A stretch of DNA of 64,000 bases, taken from a bacterium (GTDB taxonomy: Bacteria; Patescibacteriota; Minisyncoccia; Phycocordibacterales; UBA12088). The position numbers were made by a program, and so were the translations under genes. The stretch lies in assembly GCA_003252295.1 (NCBI GenBank), contig QKEV01000007.1:9632-73631 (forward strand), written 5' to 3'. The notes under the pieces were generated by a model. That model was not told the origin of the DNA. It saw nothing but the letters and a program-made list of their open reading frames with translations, and searched no databases. Below are positions 45,443-54,914 of this stretch, one piece after another. How positions within the stretch are numbered: position 1 is the first letter of the stretch; every line of letters starts with the position of its first letter.

Positions 45443-46888
45443 CTAGTAGTTACGTAGGCAACGTGCCATTTCGTGATGCCGTATTTTCTCAATAGCTTTT
45501 GCTTCAATTTGTCGAATACGTTCACGGGTAACACCAAACTCACGACCGACCTCTTCAAGGGTATGGTAAATACCATCCTCCAGTCCGTGCCGAAGCACAA
45601 GAATCTTACGTTCTTTTGGAGATAGGAAGTCGAGTATTGTGTGTAGCTGTTCAGTGAGGATCTTATGTGCGGTATCCTGATCCGGACTATCCATCGTCTC
45701 ATCTTTAATGAAGTCACGGAGTACACTTCTGTCGTCGTCTGCGTCACCTACAGGACTTTCAAGCGAGATGGTATCCTGACTGATCTTTTCAATGAGGTAT
45801 ATCTTGTCTACCTCTATACCCATTTCGATAGCAACTTCCTCCTGCGACGGGTCACGACCAAGGTCTTGTGAAAGTCGTCTGAACACTTGCTTGTACTTAG
45901 TGATCGTTTCTACCATGTGCACTGGAATACGAATAGTTCTTGACTGATCAGCGAGTGCGCGTGTTATCGCCTGTCGTATCCACCAAGTGGCATAGGTAGA
46001 GAACTTGTACCCCTTTGTATAGTCAAACTTATCTACTGCTTTAAAGAGTCCGATATTACCCTCCTGAATAAGGTCAAGGAGTGTAAGATCAGGACTTCTA
46101 CCAATGTAGCGTTTTGCAATAGAAACAACGAGTCGCAGGTTTGATCGAGCAAGTAAGTTTCTTGCCTCTTCTTCACCTTCCATGACGCGTTTTGCCAATG
46201 CACGTTCCTCTTGTACGTTCAAAAGATGGTACTGTCCTATCTCACGAAGGTACATTTGTATGGAATCATGAGCAGAGTTTCGTGCATGTCGGTGGTATGT
46301 GTTCTTTTCACTTGGTGTGAGGATCTTTTCATCACTCAAAATGTTACCACCTTCAATAACATCAATGCTTGCTGCATTGAGCTTATCGTACAGGTCATCC
46401 AGTAAGGTAATGTCATCTTCAATTCGAGGAAACTCACGAAGTATCTCGTCATAGATAACATAACCACGCTCTCTTCCTTTTTGGAGGAGATTTTCAACCT
46501 TATTATGCTGTTCTTGTTGTTTAGGTGAAAGTTTTACTGTTGCTTTCTTTTTAGCAACAGCTTTCTTTGGAGCTGCTTTCTTTGGCACACTCTTTTTAGC
46601 GACTTGCTTTGCTTTAGCCGCTTTTTCCTTCACAACTTTTTTGAGCTGTTTACCGGTCAATTTCTTTTTTTTGACCGCCGCCACCTTTTTGGTTGCAGCT
46701 CGTCCCGCTTTAGCGGTAGTATTCTTTTTTTTCGCGACAGGCCTTTTGGTCTTTACTGTCGCCTTTGTTTTTGTAACCTTTTTAGCTGCCTGTGCAGCTT
46801 TTGTTTTGGTTACTGTTTTTTTTACAGACGCCTTTTTGGCGACCGTTTTTTTGGACGCTTTTTTCTTATGTAATGTTTTAGCAGCCAT
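45443..46888 (-). CDS. rpoD: RNA polymerase sigma-70 factor RpoD with a histone-H1-like Lys/Ala-rich N-terminal extension
   Basis: Regions 1.2-4.2 are conserved (…[21 protein letters not shown]…). About 125 N-terminal residues consist of AKK/TKK repeats. Confidence 0.9.
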   Translation of the reverse strand: MAAKTLHKKKASKKTVAKKASVKKTVTKTKAAQAAKKVTKTKATVKTKRPVAKKKNTTAKAGRAATKKVAAVKKKKLTGKQLKKVVKEKAAKAKQVAKKSVPKKAAPKKAVAKKKATVKLSPKQQEQHNKVENLLQKGRERGYVIYDEILREFPRIEDDITLLDDLYDKLNAASIDVIEGGNILSDEKILTPSEKNTYHRHARNSAHDSIQMYLREIGQYHLLNVQEERALAKRVMEGEEEARNLLARSNLRLVVSIAKRYIGRSPDLTLLDLIQEGNIGLFKAVDKFDYTKGYKFSTYATWWIRQAITRALADQSRTIRIPVHMVETITKYKQVFRRLSQDLGRDPSQEEVAIEMGIEVDKIYLIEKISQDTISLESPVGDADDDRSVLRDFIKDETMDSPDQDTAHKILTEQLHTILDFLSPKERKILVLRHGLEDGIYHTLEEVGREFGVTRERIRQIEAKAIEKIRHHEMARCLRNY

Positions 46889-46920
46889 GTGTAATGGTTA
46901 CGATGAGTATATAGTACTCT

Positions 46921-48654
46921 TTACATATGTTCAAGTGTCTCCTTAAGTTTTGAAAGCCCTGTGACTTCTTTGATGAGTAATTCAGTTTCTTGTGTATCGT
47001 TGCGTGCTTCTGCTTCACGGAGTCTACGCATGAGGTCAGCAAGTTTTTCTACCATGGTCATTTTAGAAAGTTCTTTACTGAGTTCTGTGAGTCGACCAAG
47101 TGGTGACTCAGGTTGCTCACAAATGATTTCTGCTTGCATTGCGAGCGTTTCCTTTTCCTCAGTATATTTGGAAAGTAAGTCTGCATATGAAAGATGCATG
47201 GACTCTTCAAGTTTTGATACTTCATCAGTGGTGACATCTTTTTTTTCTAAGCCATCCTGCCAAAAAAGAATACCTGCTATTGTTTTTTCTAGATCTTTTT
47301 TTCTAGAAAAAGTGTTTTTTTGTACTTCAGGTCTCTGACCTTGTGTACCTCTTGGCACACCGTAGCTAGTGGCACTTTTTAGAGTACGTATATCGGTGTA
47401 CACCGCTTCTTCAGGTATACCTAGCATGTTTGCAACTCGTTGAACAAAGTGTGCCTGATCAGTGGCACTCTGTATAAGTGCCACGTACGGGTATACTAAG
47501 TTCTGTGCTTCAAGGAGTAACTTCCTGTTATCCCATGATGCTTCTCTTGACCTATCGATAAGTGTTGTGAGGTAAAAGTCTACTATATGCACTGCTCCTT
47601 TGATTGCTTCCTTCCATGCTGAAACGTCTTCAAGGATACAGTCAGCTGGATCTTTACCTAGGGGAACCTTTGCAACCTTGAGGTCGATACCTCGCTTGAG
47701 TGCTAAGATTGCCGCTCTTCCACTCGAAGCAATACCGGCAGGGTCAGCATCAAAGGCAGTTACAATTTTTTTTGTAAGTCGGTCTATAAGGGTAAGGTGT
47801 TGCTCCGTAAGTCCTGTGCCTGAGACAGCTACAGTGTTACCGTATCCAGCTTGATGACACATGACAATATCCATTTGTCCCTCAACAAGAATTGCAAAAT
47901 CATACTTTCGTATGTGCTGTTTTGCCTTATCGTAGCCATACAGTATCCTGCTTTTATCAAAAAGTTGTGTTTCAGGAGAGTTGAGGTACTTTGCATTGTT
48001 TTTATCCTCAGCGGCTTCACCAAATATTCTGCCACTAAATGCAACAACCCTACCTGTGCTGTCCATGATAGGAAATATGATGCGTGAGCGAAAACGGTCA
48101 TAGTACCTACCACTCTCACCTTTTTTTATGAGACCAGCACGTTCCATTTCTGTTTCTGTGTACTTCATTCTGGTAAGGTGCTCATGAAGTGCCTGCCAAA
48201 CTGCCGGAGCATAGCCAAGTCGAAAACTTCGCATGGTTGCCATTTCAAGACCACGTTTTTGTAGGTAATCTTGGGCAGGTTTTTCTTCACTAAGTTTTGT
48301 TTCAAAAAAGCGACATGCTTCTTCCGTTATTGCATAGAGACGGTCACGTGCATCACGTGATGCTTGATGTTCATGTTGCAACTGTACACCTGCTTTATCA
48401 GCAAGAATTTTCAAGGCGCCTTTAAAATCAACACCTTCCATTTTTTGTACAAAGGAAAATATGTCGCCACCCTGACTCGTAGAAAAGTCGTAGTACATTC
48501 CCTTATCTGGACTGACAAAGAAGCTTGGTGTTTTTTCATTAGTAAAAGGAGAAAGTCCTTTATAGTTTTTTCCTGCTTTTGTGAGTTTTGCGTACTGACC
48601 AACAACATCAACAATGTTGAGTTTATCTTTGATTTCCTGCACTTGGTCGCTCAT
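46921..48654 (-). CDS. dnaG: DNA primase DnaG (zinc-ribbon ligands substituted)
   Basis: Toprim/RNA-polymerase core motifs (EGQMD…, DADPAG) are present. The N-terminal zinc-binding domain is recognisable, but C-H-C-C is replaced by S-T-D-T (SPFTNEKTPSF…YYDFSTSQGG). Confidence 0.9.
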   Translation of the reverse strand: MSDQVQEIKDKLNIVDVVGQYAKLTKAGKNYKGLSPFTNEKTPSFFVSPDKGMYYDFSTSQGGDIFSFVQKMEGVDFKGALKILADKAGVQLQHEHQASRDARDRLYAITEEACRFFETKLSEEKPAQDYLQKRGLEMATMRSFRLGYAPAVWQALHEHLTRMKYTETEMERAGLIKKGESGRYYDRFRSRIIFPIMDSTGRVVAFSGRIFGEAAEDKNNAKYLNSPETQLFDKSRILYGYDKAKQHIRKYDFAILVEGQMDIVMCHQAGYGNTVAVSGTGLTEQHLTLIDRLTKKIVTAFDADPAGIASSGRAAILALKRGIDLKVAKVPLGKDPADCILEDVSAWKEAIKGAVHIVDFYLTTLIDRSREASWDNRKLLLEAQNLVYPYVALIQSATDQAHFVQRVANMLGIPEEAVYTDIRTLKSATSYGVPRGTQGQRPEVQKNTFSRKKDLEKTIAGILFWQDGLEKKDVTTDEVSKLEESMHLSYADLLSKYTEEKETLAMQAEIICEQPESPLGRLTELSKELSKMTMVEKLADLMRRLREAEARNDTQETELLIKEVTGLSKLKETLEHM

Positions 48655-48694
48655 AGGTAGCTCTATGGTACACGTGAGAAGGTGATTTCACAAC

Positions 48695-48723
48695 AAAAAA
48701 TGCACCTAGTAGGTGCATTTTTT
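48695..48723. terminator. Bidirectional intrinsic terminator (AAAAATGCACCT / AGGTGCATTTTT)
   Basis: Read directly; it sits between the dnaG start region and the upstream pilin-like gene. Confidence 0.6.
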
Positions 48724-48749
48724 GTAATAATTTGTAGTTTAGTAACGGT

Positions 48750-49121
48750 TTATATGTTAACCGATGGAATATCAATTGTTCCGCCAACCTCAACGCCTAC
48801 CATCTCTGCAAGAATATCTACTAATCCCCAAACAGAAACCATAACGAATAGTGCGAAAATACCCCAAACCATTTTACGTTTACCTTCAGCAGCTGCTTCT
48901 GAATCACCAGATGCAATGATAAATTGCACGAGACCCCAAATGAAAAAGAGTAAGCCAAGTGCGATTGCAAGTGGGATCAACTGGGTTATTAGTTCAGCGA
49001 TCGCTTGTACTCCATTATCTATGTACGATAAATCAGGGCTTTGTGCGTACGTTAGACTAAATGGAAAAATAGCCATTCCAGCAACGATAAGTAAGCTTTG
49101 TGTTATATTTTTCATATTCAT
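48750..49121 (-). CDS. VirB2/TrbC-like pilin-like small membrane protein (signal peptide plus two hydrophobic helices)
   Basis: Signal peptide ending …TYAQS, then two TM segments separated by a short charged loop, in 123 aa. This is the T4SS-pilin architecture; no other T4SS genes are in the window. Confidence 0.3.
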   Translation of the reverse strand: MNMKNITQSLLIVAGMAIFPFSLTYAQSPDLSYIDNGVQAIAELITQLIPLAIALGLLFFIWGLVQFIIASGDSEAAAEGKRKMVWGIFALFVMVSVWGLVDILAEMVGVEVGGTIDIPSVNI

Positions 49122-49159
49122 GTACTCTATACTAGCACATTAATTAATAATTGTCAACA

Positions 49160-49798
49160 CTACTGTGTGTAGAAATCAATAATTTGATTTGCTATTGCTT
49201 TATCGTCATCCATGGTAGGAAGTGCCCTGTTTTCATCGTAAAGACAGGTTTCTGGGTTCCATTGATCCTCACATGCGTAAAGTCGCGGGTTAAAGATCGA
49301 GTAAGTTACTACCACATCATCCTCAGAGAAGAAAACATACCCACTCCCCATGGTGAGCATAGCGCTAGTATCCTCATCCTCTTCCAGCTTTCTAAACGAA
49401 ACATATACATCATGGCCATTTTTGTTGTACTGTTCTGAAAGCCCAACTCGCGAAGGCGACTGGTAGCGTGCCCACGCCTTTTCTTTCAAAAGAGGCATAT
49501 CATCTTTATCAACGTTTTGCACAAGAACAGTTAGTGCTAACCTTCCTTGTTCATCATAGTATTGTCCCTGTGTAGAGGTGACCTCGAATGAAGCAGATTC
49601 CTCATCAGTAGGACCAATGGTTATGGTGTATGGTTCATCTACATCTTCACTAGATGTAAGCATCATGGTATATGATCCACTGAATGTCGGTCGTAAAAAT
49701 GCTGATAATGCACCCTCTTTTGGTATAAATGATTTTGCTAAAAAACCTACTAAGAGTAATGTAAGAACCGCAAGTGTGATAGCTACGATGTTTTTCAT
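49160..49798 (-). CDS. Hypothetical secreted/anchored protein
   Basis: N-terminal signal anchor; 212 aa. Confidence 0.5.
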   Translation of the reverse strand: MKNIVAITLAVLTLLLVGFLAKSFIPKEGALSAFLRPTFSGSYTMMLTSSEDVDEPYTITIGPTDEESASFEVTSTQGQYYDEQGRLALTVLVQNVDKDDMPLLKEKAWARYQSPSRVGLSEQYNKNGHDVYVSFRKLEEDEDTSAMLTMGSGYVFFSEDDVVVTYSIFNPRLYACEDQWNPETCLYDENRALPTMDDDKAIANQIIDFYTQ

Positions 49799-49885
49799 AT
49801 GGAGTAATATACCACGAAATATGTTGATTTTTTATAAACCTTGTTGATATACATGGTATGCTAAGTATGATTAAAGAAAACAAAA

Positions 49886-50209
49886 ATGAGTACTATGATC
49901 TTAACAACTACTGAGTATGTGCCTGGAAGGGAGACCTCTGAGGTGCTTGGTATTGCACGTGGCAGTACGGTACGCGCTCGCAATATCGGAAGAGACATTA
50001 CCGCTATGTTCAAAAATATCGTTGGTGGTGAGTTGGATGAGTATACCAAGTTGCAAGCTGATGCACGTGAACAAGCGTTGCAAAGGATGGAGCTTGATGC
50101 TGTTAAACTCGGAGCTGATGCAGTACTAAACGTACGTATAACTACCTCTATTATCACACAGGGTGCAGCCGAAATTCTTGCATACGGCACTGCAGTTAAA
50201 CTTCGTTAG
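49886..50209 (+). CDS. ybjQ: YbjQ/UPF0145 family protein
   Basis: 107 aa with full-length YbjQ similarity. Confidence 0.8.
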   Translation: MSTMILTTTEYVPGRETSEVLGIARGSTVRARNIGRDITAMFKNIVGGELDEYTKLQADAREQALQRMELDAVKLGADAVLNVRITTSIITQGAAEILAYGTAVKLR

Positions 50210-50210
50210 T

Positions 50211-50321
50211 ATGTTTGTCGATATTATCCTTCTTGTAGCATTCCTTGCTGGAATTGCATACTTTTATCAAAAGAAAAAGAAAGTTGAGGATGAAGAAACA
50301 TTCGAAAAAAGGAGTAACTAG
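50211..50321 (+). CDS. Candidate 36-aa single-TM microprotein translationally coupled to ybjQ
   Basis: TAG-T-ATG stop/start junction; the sequence MFVDIILLVAFLAGIAYFYQKKKKVEDEETFEKRSN; its stop is embedded in a terminator hairpin. Confidence 0.3.
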   Translation: MFVDIILLVAFLAGIAYFYQKKKKVEDEETFEKRSN

Positions 50322-50340
50322 CGTTACTCCTTTTTCTTTG
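50305..50340 (+). terminator. Intrinsic terminator (AAAAAGGAGTAAC / GTTACTCCTTTTT)
   Basis: Read directly. Confidence 0.6.
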
Positions 50341-50359
50341 ATCTTTATGTTGTTTGTAT

Positions 50360-51613
50360 TTAACGATTTGCAGTTCTGAATGATCGTATTGATCCAAGTT
50401 TTATAACATCATTTCCTTCACTATCTTCATATTCAACACCAATTGCGTAGTAGTGTGTCGTATACAAATCTAGACCTTCAAGTGTGTACTCGTATTCATC
50501 GTACTTATCAAGGTCATCATCAAGTAATACCTTTTGAAGATCATCTCCTCTTTCACGAATGTCGTCGTATTGCTCTTCGTAACGGACATCGTTAAGTTCG
50601 TCTCGATCCTCTCCGTATATCAGGAAGGTAATACCGTTCCTGTAATCATTCATGTCAACATAACCTGATATGGTTGCATTGTGTACCTCAACATCAGTTG
50701 CACTTCCTGTTGTGACAATTGGCTTTTCATCTTCTATATCACGTCTGGTGGTAAAGTATTTTGTCACACCATAAGTCTTCTCTCCATAGTCATCTTCTGC
50801 AACAGCCCGGAAGTAGTACTTCTCTTCATCACGAAGTCCCTGAATGGTGATTTCGACATTTCTACCGTCATCTTCATGTTGTACAACAGTTCGTGTGTCT
50901 TTATCTAGATCATCTTCATCATCACCATACTCAAACCATACGTACGCCACATCTTCCTTGTTGAAGGATATGGTTGCACGAAGTGTTGCCCTATTTTCAT
51001 CAATATTTGTTGCTGAAGAGGTGACAACATCGATTACTGCATCACTCTTTGTAATATCAATGCCGGTAGTAAATGATTTTATTGATCCGTAGCTAATGTT
51101 GCCATCCTCATCAATTGCCGCTGCGCGATAGTAGTATTTTGTTTCAGAATCAAGATCCTGTGCTTTTATGTTAAAGTTACCGTTTCCATCAACTGACTTT
51201 TTGAGAACATTAAGTATAACCCGTTCTGAAAGGTCGTATTTGCTGGTACCGTAATCAAACCATGGTCGTGCTCGGTCAGAACGGTTAAAGTCAATATCAC
51301 CTACAAGTCGTACACTTGTTGCACCAACATCTGTAGCAGTACGTGTGTCTACCTCTACTCGATTACTTACTGAAGTATTTTCAATTACAGAAATGCTTCT
51401 ACTGGTGGTATCTTCATCGATACCGTGTGCAATACGCCATGCTTCCATGTACGCTTTCACGTAACGTACATACTCAGTGTACGTAGCAAAGGTCCTTCCG
51501 TTATAGGTATAGCTTGCTGAAGTTACTGCAGGTACAGCCATAGAACAGAATAGGACTGAAATGATTGCTATTTGTGATAAATATTTTTTCATAAAATGGT
51601 TAATCTTTGTCAT
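50360..51613 (-). CDS. Secreted protein with three fibronectin-III-like ~95-aa repeats
   Basis: Signal peptide and three repeats ending …YY(Y/F)RA(A/V)A.D..G…SFTT. Confidence 0.6.
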   Translation of the reverse strand: MTKINHFMKKYLSQIAIISVLFCSMAVPAVTSASYTYNGRTFATYTEYVRYVKAYMEAWRIAHGIDEDTTSRSISVIENTSVSNRVEVDTRTATDVGATSVRLVGDIDFNRSDRARPWFDYGTSKYDLSERVILNVLKKSVDGNGNFNIKAQDLDSETKYYYRAAAIDEDGNISYGSIKSFTTGIDITKSDAVIDVVTSSATNIDENRATLRATISFNKEDVAYVWFEYGDDEDDLDKDTRTVVQHEDDGRNVEITIQGLRDEEKYYFRAVAEDDYGEKTYGVTKYFTTRRDIEDEKPIVTTGSATDVEVHNATISGYVDMNDYRNGITFLIYGEDRDELNDVRYEEQYDDIRERGDDLQKVLLDDDLDKYDEYEYTLEGLDLYTTHYYAIGVEYEDSEGNDVIKLGSIRSFRTANR

Positions 51614-51746
51614 GTTATCTTTATATAATACTACAAATATGCATATATGTCAATGTGAAAGAGTGATACAGATCGTTGCGTAGTAACTAAGGCAGGTTAA
51701 GGTACAAATCATTACATATCTGCATTTACACAACTAACATATAAAC

Positions 51747-52307
51747 ATGAAAAGAATTATTAAACTTTCAGGTGCATCACTTGCCCTACTCTTCTTTTTA
51801 GCAGCATCAGCAACTACCGCAGAAGCATACGTTGAGCAAACTGCGCAGCGAGCTATTGAAAATGCTGGGCGTGCAAGTCAAGGTATGCAAGGTGGTGGCT
51901 TTGTACATATAGGAGGATTACTAACAAAAGGAGAGATTGATACGTATCGCAAAAGAAAAAAGAGTGAATTGGATGAAATGACTGATGAGGAACGTGCTGA
52001 GTACTTCAAAGATCAGGAAGCAATGCGTGATGCTATTCGGGATGAACAAGCTGCCGCTTTTGAGGATTTTCTTGGTATAGACAAAGATGAGTTGCGCGAG
52101 CTTCGCAGAGACGGTGTAACACTTACAGAAATATTGGAAGAACAAGATATTACGGAGACTGAAGCAGAAGAGTTTTTAACTGAACGAGCTGAAGATAAGA
52201 TTGATTACTTGACTGAACAGTATGATTTGAGTGATGTTGAAATAGACGCACTGCTTGAACGAGTTGATGATCATGTAGCAGAGGTTCTTGACCATTGGTA
52301 CAACTAG
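51747..52307 (+). CDS. Hypothetical secreted acidic protein
   Basis: Signal peptide and a D/E-rich helical sequence. Confidence 0.5.
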   Translation: MKRIIKLSGASLALLFFLAASATTAEAYVEQTAQRAIENAGRASQGMQGGGFVHIGGLLTKGEIDTYRKRKKSELDEMTDEERAEYFKDQEAMRDAIRDEQAAAFEDFLGIDKDELRELRRDGVTLTEILEEQDITETEAEEFLTERAEDKIDYLTEQYDLSDVEIDALLERVDDHVAEVLDHWYN

Positions 52308-52323
52308 GTAACATTAGATATAA

Positions 52324-52352
52324 AGACCTGTATAGAATTTGTACAGGTCTTT
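52324..52352. terminator. Bidirectional terminator (AGACCTGTA / TACAGGTCT)
   Basis: Read directly. Confidence 0.55.
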
Positions 52353-52372
52353 ATGTATTTAAGTACGTATAC

Positions 52373-52639
52373 TTAAAAAGTAGCAATGATATGAAGACGA
52401 GCAAGTGCTATACCAAGCCAGATGACAAGTACAAGGTAGTAGGCAGTCCATCCTTTTGTGATAGGTAAAAAGCTGCCAAAGATGGTGTACCGCTTGTTGA
52501 GTATAGTGCCATAGCCACTCCAAGCGATGAGGTTTGCAACAATAGCATCTACGAGTACGAGGTAGTACAAAATTGTTTCAAGTGTGAATTCCATATTTAA
52601 ATATATATTTAAATACGTATTAAAATATATATTTAGCAA
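52373..52639 (-). CDS. Hypothetical small membrane protein (probable start MEFTLE…)
   Basis: 2-3 TM; 73-88 aa. Confidence 0.35.
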   Translation of the reverse strand: MLNIYFNTYLNIYLNMEFTLETILYYLVLVDAIVANLIAWSGYGTILNKRYTIFGSFLPITKGWTAYYLVLVIWLGIALARLHIIATF

Positions 52640-52720
52640 AGCATACTTAGCTCATCTTGAGAAGTAGGTGCTGTGTACAGTTAGAGCGCCCAGTATAGCC
52701 TATAACGGTATACTTTATAC

Positions 52721-53989
52721 ATGACACTTCGCTCACTACGCGTTGGTTTTTTCCTTGCACTGCGGTACCTAAAGCGTAGCTCTCTTTGGACCTCACTTTT
52801 GGTCATGGTGATTATGCTTCTTACATTTCTCAATGTAGTCGTAGTGCGTGGTGTACTCGTGGGACTCCCCGTGGGTGCTACTGCTACGTATGCGAGAGAG
52901 TATGCGGGTGATATTCTCATTACTGCATTGCCGGATCAGCGTCACATTGACCGGTCAGTCCTAGTAGCAAATACACTTAGTTCACTTTCCGGTTTCAAGG
53001 CTTATACAGGCAGGTATCTCACCGCAGCAACAGTGCATGCCAACTTTCAGGAGTTGCCAAAAACAGGACACCTTGCTGATACAGTAACGGTAACTGCTGT
53101 TGGTGTAGTACCTGAAGATGAAGATACAGTAACAAATATTAGTGGACTTATGGCTGAAGGAAGGTTTCTCACTGATACAGATCTTAAAGGGGTTGTGATG
53201 GGAGATCAGCTTTTAGAGCAGTATGCAGGAGGTGGCCCTGAGTCAGGTGGTACCCCTGAAACGTCAGGGACACTTGAGAATGTACATCCTGGAACAAAGG
53301 TGCGTATTACCATAAATGGTATCACAGGTGAGTACACGGTTGTTGGGGTACTTGATGGTAAGGTGGGAGAAAATGCACGCAGAATCTTTATGCATGAACA
53401 GCAGCTTCGCAGTATTTTGAATCGCAGTGAGGATAAAAAAGATGAGATTGCTGTACGGCTCAAAGATGGTGTCGATAATGTTGCTTGGCGTGATGCATTC
53501 AAGAATTTGGGTATGGTGAACTATGCAACCATACAGGTACCCGGTGAGGCACAGGGACACTTCCTTGATGAGGTGACACAAACCTTTAGTCTCCTAGGCG
53601 ACGGTGTTGGTTTTGTTGGTGTTGTGGTTGCCGCTATTACGGTCTTCATTATGATCTTTGTTATTGCGCTCAATAGGCAAAAAGAGATTGGCATTTTGAA
53701 AGGTATAGGTATAAATCGTTTAGCTATACAGTCATCGTATGTTTTCCTTGCACTGTTTTATGCAACAGTAGGTATCTGTCTTGGTATCTTATTGCTCTAT
53801 TTTGTAATTGCACCATACATTGCAGTGCATCCAATCGACTTCCCTTTTTCAGATGGTGTGCTCGTTGCTCCTCTGTTTGACACCTTGATTCGTTCACTTG
53901 TACTCATTGTCACTACGCTTTTTGCAGGGTACTTGCCCGCCCGAATGATAGTGCAGAAAAATACCATTAATGCAATTTTGGGACGTTAG
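52721..53989 (+). CDS. ABC transporter permease, FtsX/MacB-like
   Basis: N-terminal TM, a large periplasmic domain and a C-terminal FtsX 3-TM bundle (…GILKGIGINR…). Confidence 0.8.
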   Translation: MTLRSLRVGFFLALRYLKRSSLWTSLLVMVIMLLTFLNVVVVRGVLVGLPVGATATYAREYAGDILITALPDQRHIDRSVLVANTLSSLSGFKAYTGRYLTAATVHANFQELPKTGHLADTVTVTAVGVVPEDEDTVTNISGLMAEGRFLTDTDLKGVVMGDQLLEQYAGGGPESGGTPETSGTLENVHPGTKVRITINGITGEYTVVGVLDGKVGENARRIFMHEQQLRSILNRSEDKKDEIAVRLKDGVDNVAWRDAFKNLGMVNYATIQVPGEAQGHFLDEVTQTFSLLGDGVGFVGVVVAAITVFIMIFVIALNRQKEIGILKGIGINRLAIQSSYVFLALFYATVGICLGILLLYFVIAPYIAVHPIDFPFSDGVLVAPLFDTLIRSLVLIVTTLFAGYLPARMIVQKNTINAILGR

Positions 53990-53990
53990 T

Positions 53991-54662
53991 ATGGATAAAC
54001 CAATTATACAAACAGTTGATCTTGTAAAACGATACCAGGTAGGTGAAGTGGTAACTAAGGCAGTGAACGGTGTTTCCATAGAGGTGTACAAAGGTGAGTT
54101 TGTTGCTATAGACGGTAAGTCCGGTTCAGGAAAGAGTACCCTTCTCCATCTGCTTAGTCTGCTCGATAGACCCACATCTGGGCAGGTACTGGTAAATGGT
54201 GACGATACGGCGCACTACAGTCGCCCACGGCGTGTGGATATACGTCTCAATAGGTTTGGGTACGTGTTTCAGGATTATGCACTCATACCGGAGCTTACAG
54301 CGCTTGAGAACGTCATGTTGCCATACTTTATGGACACCGGATGCCTCCATGATTGTCTGCATATCGGAGAAGGTTTGCTTGAACGTGTGGGTTTGAAGAA
54401 TCGACTTCATAACCGTCCAGCGCAGCTCTCTGGAGGCGAACAGCAGCGTGTTTCTATTGCCCGAGCACTTGTGAACAAACCTGAGGTTTTTTTTGCTGAT
54501 GAGCCAACAGCAAATCTTGATTCAGATACCAGTGAGACCATTATCAGTATCATCGAGGAGTTGCATCAGCAAGGAATCACCGTCCTCATGGTGACTCATG
54601 AGCCACAGTTTGCACAACGTGCTGAGCGCATCATTACCATGTCTGACGGTAGAGTTGTGTAA
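53991..54662 (+). CDS. ABC transporter ATP-binding protein (MacB/LolD-type)
   Basis: Walker A GKSGSGKST, signature LSGGEQQRVSIARAL and Walker B FFADEPT. The start is MDKPIIQT, overlapping the permease stop. Confidence 0.9.
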   Translation: MDKPIIQTVDLVKRYQVGEVVTKAVNGVSIEVYKGEFVAIDGKSGSGKSTLLHLLSLLDRPTSGQVLVNGDDTAHYSRPRRVDIRLNRFGYVFQDYALIPELTALENVMLPYFMDTGCLHDCLHIGEGLLERVGLKNRLHNRPAQLSGGEQQRVSIARALVNKPEVFFADEPTANLDSDTSETIISIIEELHQQGITVLMVTHEPQFAQRAERIITMSDGRVV

Positions 54663-54847
54663 GAATTATGTAATACCGACGTCATCGATAGTGATGGAAC
54701 GACATCAGCTACAAAAGAATATTTGTACACCAGCCATTTTTATGGATGGTTTTTCTGCGTTCGTAATGATTGGGAACCAGAAAACCCTTTTGTTTAGCCA
54801 TGATGTCTTAACTACCTAAAGTTTACAAACATTCATTTCTTGAGACC

Positions 54848-54880
54848 TCTCGGCTAAACAAAAGCCGAGATTTTGTTTTA
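54848..54880 (+). terminator. Intrinsic terminator (TCTCGGCT / AGCCGAGA plus a T-run)
   Basis: Read directly, about 185 nt after the ABC ATPase stop. Confidence 0.5.
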
Positions 54881-54914
54881 GTACGTTCTTTGAAAATTCA
54901 AAAAGGAGAAAGAA

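Noticed and set aside
54663-54847. Possible cis-regulatory RNA or small ORF between the ABC ATPase and its distant terminator (includes track ORF 54598..54819)
   Set aside because: Only a weak direct repeat (CGACGTCAT / CGACATCA) is present. There is no convincing structure or Shine-Dalgarno motif, and the ORF overlaps the ABC ATPase 3' end out of frame.
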